Positions 31,761 to 42,000 of a stretch of DNA of 64,000 bases are shown here, piece by piece; position 1 is the stretch's first letter, and every line of letters begins with the position of its first letter. The position numbers were made by a program, and so were the translations under genes. Source of the stretch: Candidatus Eiseniibacteriota bacterium (GTDB lineage Bacteria; Eisenbacteria; RBG-16-71-46; SZUA-252); the NCBI GenBank assembly GCA_963703225.1, contig OY969801.1, forward strand, positions 2,272,001 to 2,336,000. The letters run 5' to 3'. The notes beneath the pieces are model-generated. The model ran no database searches. It was not told the DNA's origin and saw only the letters and a list, made by a program, of their open reading frames with translations.

Positions 31761-32687
31761 TCAACGGCCCCCGGCCGGGGAGCCGGCGGGCTTGGGCGAC
31801 TTCTGTTGGTCGAGGAATTCTTGCAGAACTTGGATGCTGCTCCGCGCGCTCAGCGCGACGGTCGCGGTGGAGTCGATCGCGACGACCATGTTCCAGTAGC
31901 GGATGGCCTCGCGGTAGATTTGCGCGTCCGCAAACGCGACGCCCATGTTGTAGAGCGCCTCCTGGCTCTTCGGGTTGGCCTGGAGCGCCCTTCGGTACAT
32001 CGCGGTCGCTTCGGAGATCTTCCCCATTCCGTAGTTCGAATTGCCGAGATTGCAGAGTGCGCGGACGTTGGTGGAATCGATCGCGAGCGCGCGTTTGTAA
32101 GCGGCGATCGCCTCGTCCGGCTTCCCGACTTCGGCCTGGATGAGGCCGAGGCTCACCCACGCGTCGGGGATCTCCGGCTTGAGCTCGGTCGCGCGCTTGT
32201 AGGCGGCTCCGGCATCGTCCCGCCGGCCCGCCTCCTGATAGTAGTTGCCAAGATTGTATTGGGCCGTCGCGTCGTTGGGATCGAGCGCGATCGCCTTCTT
32301 GAACTCCTTCTGGGCGTCCTCGGGCCTCTTGAGGTCCATGTAGACCGCGCCCAAGCTGACGTGGCTGGCGGCCAAGTTGGGTGCGATCGCCGCCATTTTC
32401 TGGAATGCCTGGAGCGCCTCCTTCGGCTTTCCGGCGCGTCGATAGGCTGAGCCGAGCGCGAGATAGGAGGCCGGGTCCTTGGGAGCGCTTTGGACGAGCG
32501 CCTGCGCCTGCTCGACGGTCGGAAGCTGCGTGTTGCCGCGGGCCGTAGGCTGCGTCGATCCAGGGGTCTGTGAGGGCGCCGTGCTCGGAGGAGAGGAGGT
32601 TTGGGCCAGCGCTCCCACCCCCAGCGCCAGGAACGCGATGGGGGGAATCACGATGGATGGCAGGCGACCGAGGCGCTTTGGATTCAT
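31761..32687 (-). CDS. Exported TPR-repeat protein
   Basis: Signal peptide, P/S/T linker, about 7 TPRs (YLALG, YNLG, WVSLG, LYNMG). Confidence 0.85.
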   Translation of the reverse strand: MNPKRLGRLPSIVIPPIAFLALGVGALAQTSSPPSTAPSQTPGSTQPTARGNTQLPTVEQAQALVQSAPKDPASYLALGSAYRRAGKPKEALQAFQKMAAIAPNLAASHVSLGAVYMDLKRPEDAQKEFKKAIALDPNDATAQYNLGNYYQEAGRRDDAGAAYKRATELKPEIPDAWVSLGLIQAEVGKPDEAIAAYKRALAIDSTNVRALCNLGNSNYGMGKISEATAMYRRALQANPKSQEALYNMGVAFADAQIYREAIRYWNMVVAIDSTATVALSARSSIQVLQEFLDQQKSPKPAGSPAGGR

Positions 32688-32725
32688 GTGGTTATCGTCC
32701 CGCAACTCGTTGGAGCGTGTGGGAT

Positions 32726-32754
32726 AAGCTATTCGTTCCGTACCCCGAAGTCAA
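32726..32754 (-). promoter_or_regulatory. Putative sigma70 promoter for the TPR-TPR-PPIase genes
   Basis: TTGACT-N17-TAGCTT on the minus strand. Confidence 0.55.
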
Positions 32755-32801
32755 TCCGATTCTCCCTCTCCATCGCCCCTCTCGGGCCGTATCTTGAACG
32801 T

Positions 32802-34082
32802 TCATGCAGCCGGCTCCGACCCACGTGCGCGAGCGGCCGCGCGATCCAAGAGCAGCTCCCGCTCTCTCGCGTTTCGGGTGAGCGAAGCCGCGCGCTCAAA
32901 CTCCGCGCGGGCCTCTTCATGACGTCCGAGCTTGGCGAGGAGGTCCCCCCGCACACTCGGGAGGAGGTGGTAGGACCGAAGCGACGGCTCCGACATCAGC
33001 GCCTCGACAAGCTCCAGTCCCGCGGCCGGTCCGAATGCCATCGCGACGGCGACCGCCCGATTCAGCTCCACGACGGGAGTGGGCGCGACCTGGGCGAGCG
33101 CATCGTAGAGCGCGGCGATGCCCTTCCAGTCCGTCTCCCCCGCACTCCGCGCCCGCGCGTGACAGGCGGCGATGGCGGCCTGGAGCGCGTACGGGCCTTG
33201 CGCTCCGCCGAGACCTTCGGCGCGCTCGAGCGCCGCGAGACCGCGACGGATAAGGAGATGATCCCAACGCGCGCGGTCTTGGTCGAGCAGGAGAACGGGC
33301 TCTCCCGACGGCCCAACTCTCGCCCCCGTGCGTGACGCCTGAATCTCCATCAGCGCGACAAGGCCATGGACCTCCGGTTCTTTCGGGACGAGCTCCGCCA
33401 GGATGCGGCCGAGACGGAGCGCGTCCTCGCAGAGCGCGGGCCGCATCCAATCGTCACCGGCGGTGGCCGCGTAACCCTCGTTGAAAATCAGATAGAGGAC
33501 CTCGAGTACCGACGCCAATCGGGCGGTCAGATCGGCTCCGCGGGGGACCTCGAAGGGAACGTGGGCTTCGGCGAGGGTCCGCTTGGCCCGGACGATTCGC
33601 TGCGCGACGGTCGGCTCCGGCACGAGGAACGCGCGGGCGATTTCCTCGGTCGTCAGCCCGCCGAGCAAGCGGAGGGTGAGCGCCACGCGAGCCTCGGTGG
33701 TGAGCACCGGATGGCAGGCCGTGAGTATGAGGCTCAGGAGGTCGTCGCCGACGTGATCGTCGATCGCGGCGTCGAGATCCGGCGGTGCCGCCTCCCGCGA
33801 GGTCAGGAGCTCGCGTCCGAGCTCCTCGTGCTTCCGCTCGAGCCGCTTCGACCGGCGGAGCTGGTCGATCGCACGATGCTTGGCCGTGGCCATGAGCCAG
33901 GCGCCTGGGTTCTCGGGAATGCCCGAAGTGGGCCACCGCTCGAGCGCGGCCACCAGGGCGTCCTGCGCGAGATCCTCGGCCAGGCCGACGTCGCGAACGA
34001 TCCTCGCGAGCCCGGCGATGAGCTTGGCCGATTCGATCCGCCAGACCGCGTCGATTGCCCGGTGTGTATCGGTAGCCGTCAC
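32802..34082 (-). CDS. ECF42-type sigma factor with C-terminal TPR extension
   Basis: AEDLAQDA, CHPVL, LYLIFNEGY, GPYALQAAIAACH, VELNRAVA; adjacent DGPF genes. Confidence 0.9.
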   Translation of the reverse strand: MTATDTHRAIDAVWRIESAKLIAGLARIVRDVGLAEDLAQDALVAALERWPTSGIPENPGAWLMATAKHRAIDQLRRSKRLERKHEELGRELLTSREAAPPDLDAAIDDHVGDDLLSLILTACHPVLTTEARVALTLRLLGGLTTEEIARAFLVPEPTVAQRIVRAKRTLAEAHVPFEVPRGADLTARLASVLEVLYLIFNEGYAATAGDDWMRPALCEDALRLGRILAELVPKEPEVHGLVALMEIQASRTGARVGPSGEPVLLLDQDRARWDHLLIRRGLAALERAEGLGGAQGPYALQAAIAACHARARSAGETDWKGIAALYDALAQVAPTPVVELNRAVAVAMAFGPAAGLELVEALMSEPSLRSYHLLPSVRGDLLAKLGRHEEARAEFERAASLTRNARERELLLDRAAARARGSEPAA

Positions 34083-34144
34083 GGCTACCGATCACACCAT
34101 CTTCAGTCTCTCTGCGCAAGGCCGGGCCCGTCCCGGCGGAACGC

Positions 34145-34573
34145 CTACGCGCCTCGGCGCGACCCCGACTGTTGCTGCATCTCGGCAAACCCGGACGCGG
34201 CCTTCTGGACCTCGGTGGGGAAATCGGAGAACTCCTGCACCTGCCGGACCTCGATCACCTCGTGATCCGACGCGGGGCAGCGGGACGCCCATTCGACCGC
34301 CTCTGCCTTCGACTTCGCTTGAATCATCCAGTAGCCGCCCACGACCTCCTTCGCCTCGGCGAAGGGCCCGTCGGTCACCTTGGGCTTCCCCCCGGAGAAC
34401 GAGACCCGCGCACCCATCGAGGGCGGATGGAGGCCGTCCAGCGTGAGCAGCACGCCAGCCCTTTGCAGGGATTCGTTGTACTTCATCATGGCGGCCACAA
34501 GCTTGGCGTCGGGCATGGTGCCCGGCGCCGCCTTCTCGTACCCCTTGGGAATCATCAGCATCATGAATCGCAT
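34145..34573 (-). CDS. YciI/DGPF family protein
   Basis: DGPFAEAKEVVGGYW, IEVRQV. Confidence 0.92.
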   Translation of the reverse strand: MRFMMLMIPKGYEKAAPGTMPDAKLVAAMMKYNESLQRAGVLLTLDGLHPPSMGARVSFSGGKPKVTDGPFAEAKEVVGGYWMIQAKSKAEAVEWASRCPASDHEVIEVRQVQEFSDFPTEVQKAASGFAEMQQQSGSRRGA

Positions 34574-34603
34574 TGTCAGGGCTCCGTCTGGCTAGGGTTC
34601 GGG

Positions 34604-35020
34604 CTACCGCTTGCCCACGATCTGCGCGCGCATCCGCTCGTCCTTCTCTCTGAGCTCGGGGGTGAACTCGGCCCCGAAGTCCTCCGCCTCGAACACCTGG
34701 CGAATCTCGACCTCGGTCTTGTCGAAAGGAGCGCGCTTGAGCCATTCGATCGCCTCTTCCTTGGATTTCACCTGCCACAGCCAGAAGCCGGCGATCAGCT
34801 CCTTCGTCTCGGCGAAGGGCCCGTCGATCACGGTCCGCTTCGCTCCGTCGAACCGGACGCGCGCGCCCTTGGAGCTCGCCTGGAGCCCCTCGCCCGCGAG
34901 GAGCACCCCGGCCTTCGCCAGCTCTTCGTTGAACTTCCCCATTTCCGCAAGGATCTTCCCGTCCGGAAGAATGCCCGCCTCCGAGTTCTTGTCCGCCTTG
35001 ACCACGACCATGACTCTCAT
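34604..35020 (-). CDS. YciI/DGPF family protein
   Basis: DGPFAETKELIAGFW, VEIRQVFE. Confidence 0.92.
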   Translation of the reverse strand: MRVMVVVKADKNSEAGILPDGKILAEMGKFNEELAKAGVLLAGEGLQASSKGARVRFDGAKRTVIDGPFAETKELIAGFWLWQVKSKEEAIEWLKRAPFDKTEVEIRQVFEAEDFGAEFTPELREKDERMRAQIVGKR

Positions 35021-35110
35021 CGTCGTCTCTCCCTTTCAGTGGGCTCAGGTTCGGTTTGATTTCGGTTGGGGCTCGGACGGCCTCGGCCGGCCGGGCCCAC
35101 GCTCTATCCA

Positions 35111-35140
35111 GACGACGAGCACGGGCCCCAGAAATCGACA
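35111..35140 (-). promoter_or_regulatory. Putative ECF42-dependent promoter
   Basis: TGTCGA-N17-CGTC upstream of the first DGPF gene, matching the described ECF42 consensus (TGTCGA / CG(A/T)C). Confidence 0.7.
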
Positions 35141-35166
35141 TGCTGAGAAGACAATTCTTGGTGGGG

Positions 35167-35580
35167 CTACTTCCTTCGCATAGCGTCGAGACTCCAGGGT
35201 CCAGCCCCCGCGGCCGAAAAGTAAAGCCAGATAAAGCAGTAGAGCGCGGCGTGCACGCCGCCGTTGATGGTCGGCCAGAAGCTGATCGGGAAGTGGAACT
35301 GGAAGTACGCCACCGCCATCTCGCCCGACAGGATGAAGGCGACCGGCCGGGTAAAGAGGCCGAGGAAGAGCAGGCTCCCGCCGACTATCTCGAGGAGGCC
35401 GCCGAACCCCATCTGGGACACCAACGCGACGGTGCCGCCGTCAGGGGGTACCCCGGCCGGGAAAGCAAATATCTTCGTCGTTCCGGCCAAGGTGAACAGG
35501 AACGCGGTCACGATGCGGAGAATGCTCTGCAGGCGCGGAGCCAAGATCGTTGATGCTGAGGCGGTGTTCCATGTGGACAT
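35167..35580 (-). CDS. DoxX family membrane protein
   Basis: LRIV, GLFTRPVAFILSGEMAVAYF, GAGPWSLD. Confidence 0.9.
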   Translation of the reverse strand: MSTWNTASASTILAPRLQSILRIVTAFLFTLAGTTKIFAFPAGVPPDGGTVALVSQMGFGGLLEIVGGSLLFLGLFTRPVAFILSGEMAVAYFQFHFPISFWPTINGGVHAALYCFIWLYFSAAGAGPWSLDAMRRK

Positions 35581-35653
35581 TGGAATCCCTCGCTTTCCGA
35601 GATCGCAATCGCAGGAGAGGAGGACGAGGATAGGGTGATCGGCCTCGGAAAAT

Positions 35654-37174
35654 CTACCCGCCTCTCGCCGGCATGCGATATTGCAGCCCCTCCGCCAGGT
35701 GCTCGGGGCGGACGGTCTGCGAGCCGGCCAGGTCGGCGATCGTTCGGGCCACGCGGCGCACGCGAATCACGCCGCGTGCGGTGAGCCGAAACGTCTCCGC
35801 CGCGCGCCGTAGGAGCGAGCGAGAGTCCGCGTCGAGGGGCGCGACTCGTCCCAGCTCCTTGGCCGTGAGCGCCGCATTCCTCTCCTCCGATGGAGTCCGC
35901 GCCGACGCAATGGCGCGAGCTCGAACCACCCGCTCGCGCACCGCGGACGACGGCTCGCCCGAATCTCCGGAGAACAAGTCCTCCATGGGGACCGCGGGCA
36001 CCTCGAGGATCAGGTCGATGCGGTCGAGGATCGGGCCCGACACCTTGGACCAGTAGCGGGCGAGCGAGTCGGGCGCGCAGCGACAGCTACGGCGTGCATC
36101 TCCCCGATAGCCGCAAGGACACGGGTTCATCGCTCCGGCGAGGCTGAAACTCGAAGGAAACGACACCGAATTCCCGACCCGCGCCACGGTCACCGTCCCC
36201 TCTTCGATCGGCTGTCGCAGCGCCTCGAGCGCGTCGCGCCGGAATTCGGGCAGCTCGTCCAGGAAGAGAACGCCCCGGTGCGCGAGGCTTGCTTCCCCGG
36301 GATAGGGTCCGCGGCCGCCTCCGACCAAGCCCGCGACCGAGATCGTGTGATGCGGCGAGCGAAACGGAGGGAGAAGGATGAGCCCCGCGCCGGGCGAGAG
36401 CCTCCCTGCGACCGAGTGGATGGTGGTGACCTCCACCGAATGCTCCGGTGAGAGAGGGGGGAGAATTCCGGGGAGCCTGCGAGCCAGCATCGTTTTCCCC
36501 GCGCCGGGTGGGCCGATGAAGAGCAGATTGTGTCCCCCGGCGGCGGCGATTTCGAGCGCCCGCTTGGCCACCGCCTGCCCCCGGACTTCACCGAGATCCG
36601 GAGAACTGGGCGCGGTGTCGACGACGGTTTCCGTCGCCGCCGAGAGCTGGATGCCCAGGCTCTCCTCGGTTCCATCGCCGCGCAGCGCGGCGAGCGAGGC
36701 GATCGGCTCGATGTCCACGCCGGCAAGGGCGCGCGCCTCGGCCGCGTTTTCGCGCGGGAGCCACACGGGGCCCCTTCCCTCGCGCCGCGCCGCGGCCATC
36801 ACGGCGAGAATCCCGCGGACACCGCGGAGCGCGCCATCGAGCGCCAGTTCCCCGACGAAGACCCCTTCCTCGACCGGCCTGCCGCGGGGGATCTGCCCCG
36901 ACGCGAGCAGGAGCGCCACCGCGATCGGAAAGTCGAAGCGCGCACCCTCCTTTCGGACGTGCGCGGGGGCCAGGTTGATGGTGATCTTCCGGGCCGGAAA
37001 CTCGAAGCCACAGTTCCGCACCGCGGCGAGAACGCGCTCCCTGCTCTCGCGAACCGCGGCGTCGGGAAGCCCGACGATGGTGAACGTGGGGAGCCCCGCT
37101 CCGAGATCGGCCTCGACCACGACGAAATGCCCCTCGATGCCGACCGTCGCGCAGCTCAGAACGCGCGCGAGCAT
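35654..37174 (-). CDS. comM: YifB/ComM Mg-chelatase-like AAA+ ATPase
   Basis: VGLPDAAVRESRERV, GPPGAGKTML, FRSPHHT, LAHRGVLFLDE, MNPCPCG. Confidence 0.93.
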   Translation of the reverse strand: MLARVLSCATVGIEGHFVVVEADLGAGLPTFTIVGLPDAAVRESRERVLAAVRNCGFEFPARKITINLAPAHVRKEGARFDFPIAVALLLASGQIPRGRPVEEGVFVGELALDGALRGVRGILAVMAAARREGRGPVWLPRENAAEARALAGVDIEPIASLAALRGDGTEESLGIQLSAATETVVDTAPSSPDLGEVRGQAVAKRALEIAAAGGHNLLFIGPPGAGKTMLARRLPGILPPLSPEHSVEVTTIHSVAGRLSPGAGLILLPPFRSPHHTISVAGLVGGGRGPYPGEASLAHRGVLFLDELPEFRRDALEALRQPIEEGTVTVARVGNSVSFPSSFSLAGAMNPCPCGYRGDARRSCRCAPDSLARYWSKVSGPILDRIDLILEVPAVPMEDLFSGDSGEPSSAVRERVVRARAIASARTPSEERNAALTAKELGRVAPLDADSRSLLRRAAETFRLTARGVIRVRRVARTIADLAGSQTVRPEHLAEGLQYRMPARGG

Positions 37175-37225
37175 GCGAATTCCTCCGGGGGAGGTTGGTT
37201 GGATCGCCGCCCGTCGGGCCGGGCG

Positions 37226-38014
37226 TCAGGGGAGGAGAGGCGTCAAGACCTCTCGGAGCTCCGCGTGCGAGGACGCGGACCACCGGGGATGAATGGCGGC
37301 TCGGTGTCCGGTATCGCCGGGATTCTCGATCGCGGTGAAGTGGATGGCGTTGAGGCCCACTCGTTCCGCGCCCGCGACGTCGTGGTAGAGCGAGTCGCCG
37401 ATCATCGCGATCTCGCCGGGCGGGAAGGACCAGCGGTCGAGGACCGGCCGAAACGCTTCCGGGAGTGGCTTCCGAAATCCGATGTCGGAGGAAACGATGA
37501 AGGGGTCGAAGAATCGTTCCCAGCCGAGCCGCCGCGCGACGGTGGCGACATAGGGCGCGTCGGTGCAGTTGGAGAGGAGCGCGAGCTTCACCCCCCGTCC
37601 GCGCAAAAACCCCAGCGTCTCGCCGGCGCCGGGCAAAGGCTCAACGGCCTCGATCTCGGGGCCGAAATGTTCGGCCACCGCCCTGCGAATCAGATCGTCG
37701 GAAAGCGCCGGCAGGCCCGACAACCGAACCGTCGCCGCGAGCGAGTCGACGGCCGCGACCTCGCGCCCCGAGCTCTCCGCGCGCTCGCGATCCCGCTCCC
37801 GGACCTCGAGGAACCGCTCTTGGAACGCGCGCGACGCCGCTCCAGTCGCGAGAACTCCCTCGGCGACCAGAAGGCGCGACAGCCGCTCGACTCCAGGGCG
37901 GGCCACGATGTCGGCGTAGTCGGTCCGGTTTGAAAGTCGGTTCGGCCCCAACCAGATCAGGGTGTTTCCGTAATCGAAGATGACGCCGCGCAGCCGCGTT
38001 TGGATTTTGGCCAT
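37226..38014 (-). CDS. HAD-superfamily hydrolase
   Basis: FDYGNTL, LLSN, RKP, IGDSLYHDV. Confidence 0.85.
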   Translation of the reverse strand: MAKIQTRLRGVIFDYGNTLIWLGPNRLSNRTDYADIVARPGVERLSRLLVAEGVLATGAASRAFQERFLEVRERDRERAESSGREVAAVDSLAATVRLSGLPALSDDLIRRAVAEHFGPEIEAVEPLPGAGETLGFLRGRGVKLALLSNCTDAPYVATVARRLGWERFFDPFIVSSDIGFRKPLPEAFRPVLDRWSFPPGEIAMIGDSLYHDVAGAERVGLNAIHFTAIENPGDTGHRAAIHPRWSASSHAELREVLTPLLP

Positions 38015-38059
38015 TCAGGGTATGATTCGGGGAGTTCTGAACCGATTCAGGAGAATGGT

Positions 38060-38088
38060 AGTGTATCCGCGGGCGAAGCGCCTGTCAA
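38060..38088 (-). promoter_or_regulatory. Putative sigma70 promoter for HAD-comM
   Basis: TTGACA-N17-TACACT. Confidence 0.65.
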
Positions 38089-38109
38089 CGCGGGCCGATC
38101 GGAGGAATC

Positions 38110-39009
38110 ATGGCGGAGACCGTCGGCGTGTTCGGTGCGGGAGCGCTCGGTACGCTCCTCGCCGCCCGCCTGGCCCATGCAGGGAACGTCGTTCACGTCC
38201 TCGTGCGATCCCCCGAGCGGGGGGACGCGCTCCGGCGATCCCACCCGGACCTTCACGTGGTGGGTCGCGCGGAGGGACTCGCGCCGGCCGCGCTCGTCTT
38301 TCTCTGCGTGAAATCGTATGACATCGAAGCCGCGGCCGCCTCACTGGCCCAAGCCGGGGTTGGGACGGCGATCTGCTCGCTCCAAAACGGCTGGGGACAC
38401 ATGGATGCGCTCGAGCGGGCGCTCCCCCGGTCGCCGCTCGTGGCGGGAGCCACCTCGCTCGGCGCCTATCTCGACGAGCATGCAACGCTTCGGTCGTCGA
38501 CAGAGGGCACGACCTGGTTCGCGCCCTGGCAGGAAACCGACTTTCGTTGGGCTGAGTACGCGGCCACTCTCTTTGAGAGCGCGGGGCTCAGGGCCGAAAC
38601 CAGCCGCGACGCCCCGGGGATTCTCTGGCGAAAGCTCGCCCTGAACGCGGCCGTGAACCCCGTTTCGGCGCTCTCGGGCCGTACCAACGGCGCGATATTG
38701 GACACAGAGCCTCTGCTTCGAAGCGCCGAATCGGCGGCGCAGGAAGCCACGCGCGTCGGAGCCCGACTCGGATTCCTCGACCCGCGCGTCGACCCGCTGC
38801 CGCAGCTTCATCAGCTCCTCCGCGACACGGCGGGGAACCGCTCCTCGATGGCGGAGGATCTAGCCCGGGGCCGACCGACCGAAGTCGACTCGATCCTGGG
38901 TGCCGTGGTCCGCGCCGCCCGGAGCGTCGGGGAGCCGGTGCCCGAGCTCACGCGTCTCTGGGAGCGTGTTCAGGCCGAGGAGCGGAAGGCGCGGTCCCGG
39001 ACCGTCTGA
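38110..39009 (+). CDS. panE: 2-dehydropantoate 2-reductase
   Basis: GAGALG, VKSYD, LQNG, WRKLALNAAVNP, SSMAED, TEVD. Confidence 0.9.
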   Translation: MAETVGVFGAGALGTLLAARLAHAGNVVHVLVRSPERGDALRRSHPDLHVVGRAEGLAPAALVFLCVKSYDIEAAAASLAQAGVGTAICSLQNGWGHMDALERALPRSPLVAGATSLGAYLDEHATLRSSTEGTTWFAPWQETDFRWAEYAATLFESAGLRAETSRDAPGILWRKLALNAAVNPVSALSGRTNGAILDTEPLLRSAESAAQEATRVGARLGFLDPRVDPLPQLHQLLRDTAGNRSSMAEDLARGRPTEVDSILGAVVRAARSVGEPVPELTRLWERVQAEERKARSRTV

Positions 39010-39038
39010 CGGCGTGGATTCTGAGAGCCCAAGCAAGA

Positions 39039-39064
39039 GCGGGGCGGCCCATCGGCCGCCCCGC
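39039..39064. terminator. GC-rich hairpin between convergent genes; likely bidirectional terminator
   Basis: GCGGGGCGGCC-CATC-GGCCGCCCCGC, 11-bp stem. Confidence 0.6.
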
Positions 39065-39090
39065 CCGTTTCAAGCCGCTGCTTTGCTCCG

Positions 39091-42000
39091 TTACTTCAAG
39101 ACCGTGACGCGGATGGTCTCCTCTCCGGTCTTCGACTTCACGTTCACGAAGTAGACGCCCGTCGCCACCCGGTTTCCATTTCGGGTCGAGCCGTCCCACC
39201 GGATCGAGTTCAATCCCGCTTCCATCGTGCCGTTCTGGAGCTGCTTGACGAGCCGTCCTTGGACGTCGAAGACATCGACCGTCACCGGTCCCCTCTCGGT
39301 CGTGGCGAAGCTGATCACCGTCTCCGGATTGAGCGGATTCGGGCTCACCTTGAGCGCGAGGCAGCTGTTGCCGAGGACCAGGACGTAGTGGCTCACCGTG
39401 TCGCGGAACTTGGTCCCCGAGACCAGGCTGCCCTCGATCTTGACCTGGACCACGCTGATGCCGCGCCTTAGGTCGGAGAAGAGATACTGGAGATCGGAGT
39501 TCGAGAAGCAGGCCTGGATCTCCCGGACTCCGTTTCGATTCTTGTCGCCGTCGAGCTCGGCTCCGTCGCACTTCGCCGAAATCTGGCGGTCCTTGTACTT
39601 CATCACGATGCTGTTCAAGTCGACGTCTCCGTTCGAATAGGAGCCCCGGACCGGCTCGATCTGGACGCAGGTCCCCAGCTTGATTCCCAGGATCGTGATC
39701 TGGTTGATCCCGAAGAAGAACGCGTTCGCCGGGAGGACGTCGCTTACGACCGTGATCGTGATCACCTCGAAGTCTTCCATCACGGACGAACCGTTGTCCC
39801 GGACCCGAATCTTGACCGGGAAGCTGCCGGCCAGCGGCGGTGTCCAGGTGAATACGCCCGACGAGGAGCCGATCGAGGCCCCGGAGGGAGCGCCCGAGCC
39901 GAGCGAGAACGTGAGCGTGTTCGCGGGGATATCGGCATCCGTCGCGGTCGCCGTGAAGGTCAGGAGGTCGCCTTCCTTGACCGTCTTGTTGCCGATCGGC
40001 GCGAGCACCGGCGCGACGTTCACTTCCCTGACCCTGACCTGGAACGTGCGCGCGTGGCTGAGCGGCGGGGTGCCGTTGTCGGTCACGCGAACCATGATCG
40101 GATAGGTGCCCGGGCCCTGATCCTCCGACGGCGTCCAGCGGAACGCGCCCGTCGAGGCGTTGATCGTGGCGCCCGCCGGGGCTCCGGCGTCGAGAGTGAA
40201 CGCGAGCGTCTGCCCCGCGTCCGGATCGGTCGCCGATGCCGTGAAGGCCAGGAGGTTCAGCTCGTTGACCGTCTTGTCGCCGATCGCGTTGAGCACGGGC
40301 GGCCTGTTCGTCGACTGCTCGACCACGTTGATCGTGATCGTCTCGAAGTCGTCCTTCGCCGGGACCCCGTTGTCGGTCACGCGGACCGTCACCGCGAAGC
40401 TCCCCGCCCCGGCCGGGGTCCAGCTGAAGGCGCCGGTCGAGCCGTCGATCGTCGCGCTCGCGGGAGCGCCCGAGTCGAGGGAGAAGGTGAGGGTGTTCGT
40501 CGGGATATCGGCGTCCGTCGCCGAGGCCATGAAGGCCACCGCCACGCCCACCGTGCCCGACTTGTTCCCGATCGCCGCCAGCTCCGGCGCCAGGTTCACC
40601 TCGTTGACCGTGATCGAGATCGCCTCGAAGTCATCCTTGGCGGGGGTGCCGTTGTCGGTCACGCGAACCGTGACCGGGTAGCTCCCCGGGCCCTGGGCTT
40701 CCGTCGGGGTCCAGGAGAAGGCTCCGCCCGACGTGATGGCCGCGCCGGCGGGCGCGCCCGAATCCAGGGAGAACGCGAGCACGTCCCCCGCGTCCGGATC
40801 GGTCGCCGTCGCGGTGAAGGCCAGGAGCGTCTGCTCGTCGACCGTCTTGTCTCCAATTTCCGTGAGCACCGGCGGATCGTTCACCTCCACCTCGTTCACG
40901 GTGATCGTCAGCTCCTCAAAGTCCTCGCCCACCGGGATGCCGTTGTCGGTCACGCGAACCCTGACCGCGAAGCTCCCGGCCCCACCAGGGGTCCAGCTGA
41001 ACTCACCGGTCGATGGGTCGATCGTCGCGTCGGCTGGAGCGCCTGTGTCGAGCGAGAAGGTGAGCGTGTTCGAGGGAATGTCGGCGTCCGTGGCGCTCGC
41101 GGTGAAGGTCACCGCCACGCCCACCGTGCCCGACTTGTTCCCGATTGCCGTCAGCTCCGGCGCCAGGTTCACCTCGTTGACCGTGATCGAGATCGCCTCG
41201 AAGTCATCCTTGGCAGGGGACCCGTTGTCCGTCACGCGAACCGTGACCGGATAACTGCCCGGACCCTGAACTTCCGTCGGGGTCCAGGAGAAGGCCCCGC
41301 CCGATGAGATCGATGCGCCGGTCGGCGCGCCCGGATCCAGCGAGAAGGTGAGAACGTCCCCGCCGTCCGGATCGGTCGCCGTCGCCGTGAAGGCAAGGAG
41401 CGTCCCCTCGTCCACGGTCTTGTCGCCGATCGCCGCGAGCTCGGGAGCGTGGTTCTCCGCCGCCGCGTTGACGGTGATGGTGATCGCTTCGAAATCATTC
41501 AGCGCGGGGGTTCCGTCGTCGGTCACGCGGACCGTCACCGGGAAACCCCCGGTCGCGCCGGGGGTCCAGCTGAAGGCACCCGTCGTGGGGTTGATCGTCG
41601 AGCCGGCGGGATTTCCCGCGTCCAGCGAGAACGTGAGCGTGTTCGCGGGGAGGTCGGGGTCGGTGGCGCTCGCCGTGAAGGCCACGGGCGTCCCGACCGT
41701 GCCGGCCTTGTCGCCGATCGCGGCCAACACCGGCGCCTCGTTCACCTCGGTGACCGCGACCGCGATCGTCTCGAAGTCGCTCAGCGCCGGGCTGCCGTTA
41801 TCCGTCACGCGAACCGTGATCGGGATCGCGACCGGTCCCTGCGCTTCGGTCGGGGTCCAGCTGAAGGCACCCGTCGAAGCCTCGATCGTGGCCCCCGCCG
41901 GAGAAGGTGCGTCCAGCGTGAACGCCAGGGTCTGTCCGGCGTCCGGATCGGTCGCCGTCGCCGTGAACGCCAACGTCGACAGCTCCGCCACCGTCTTGTT

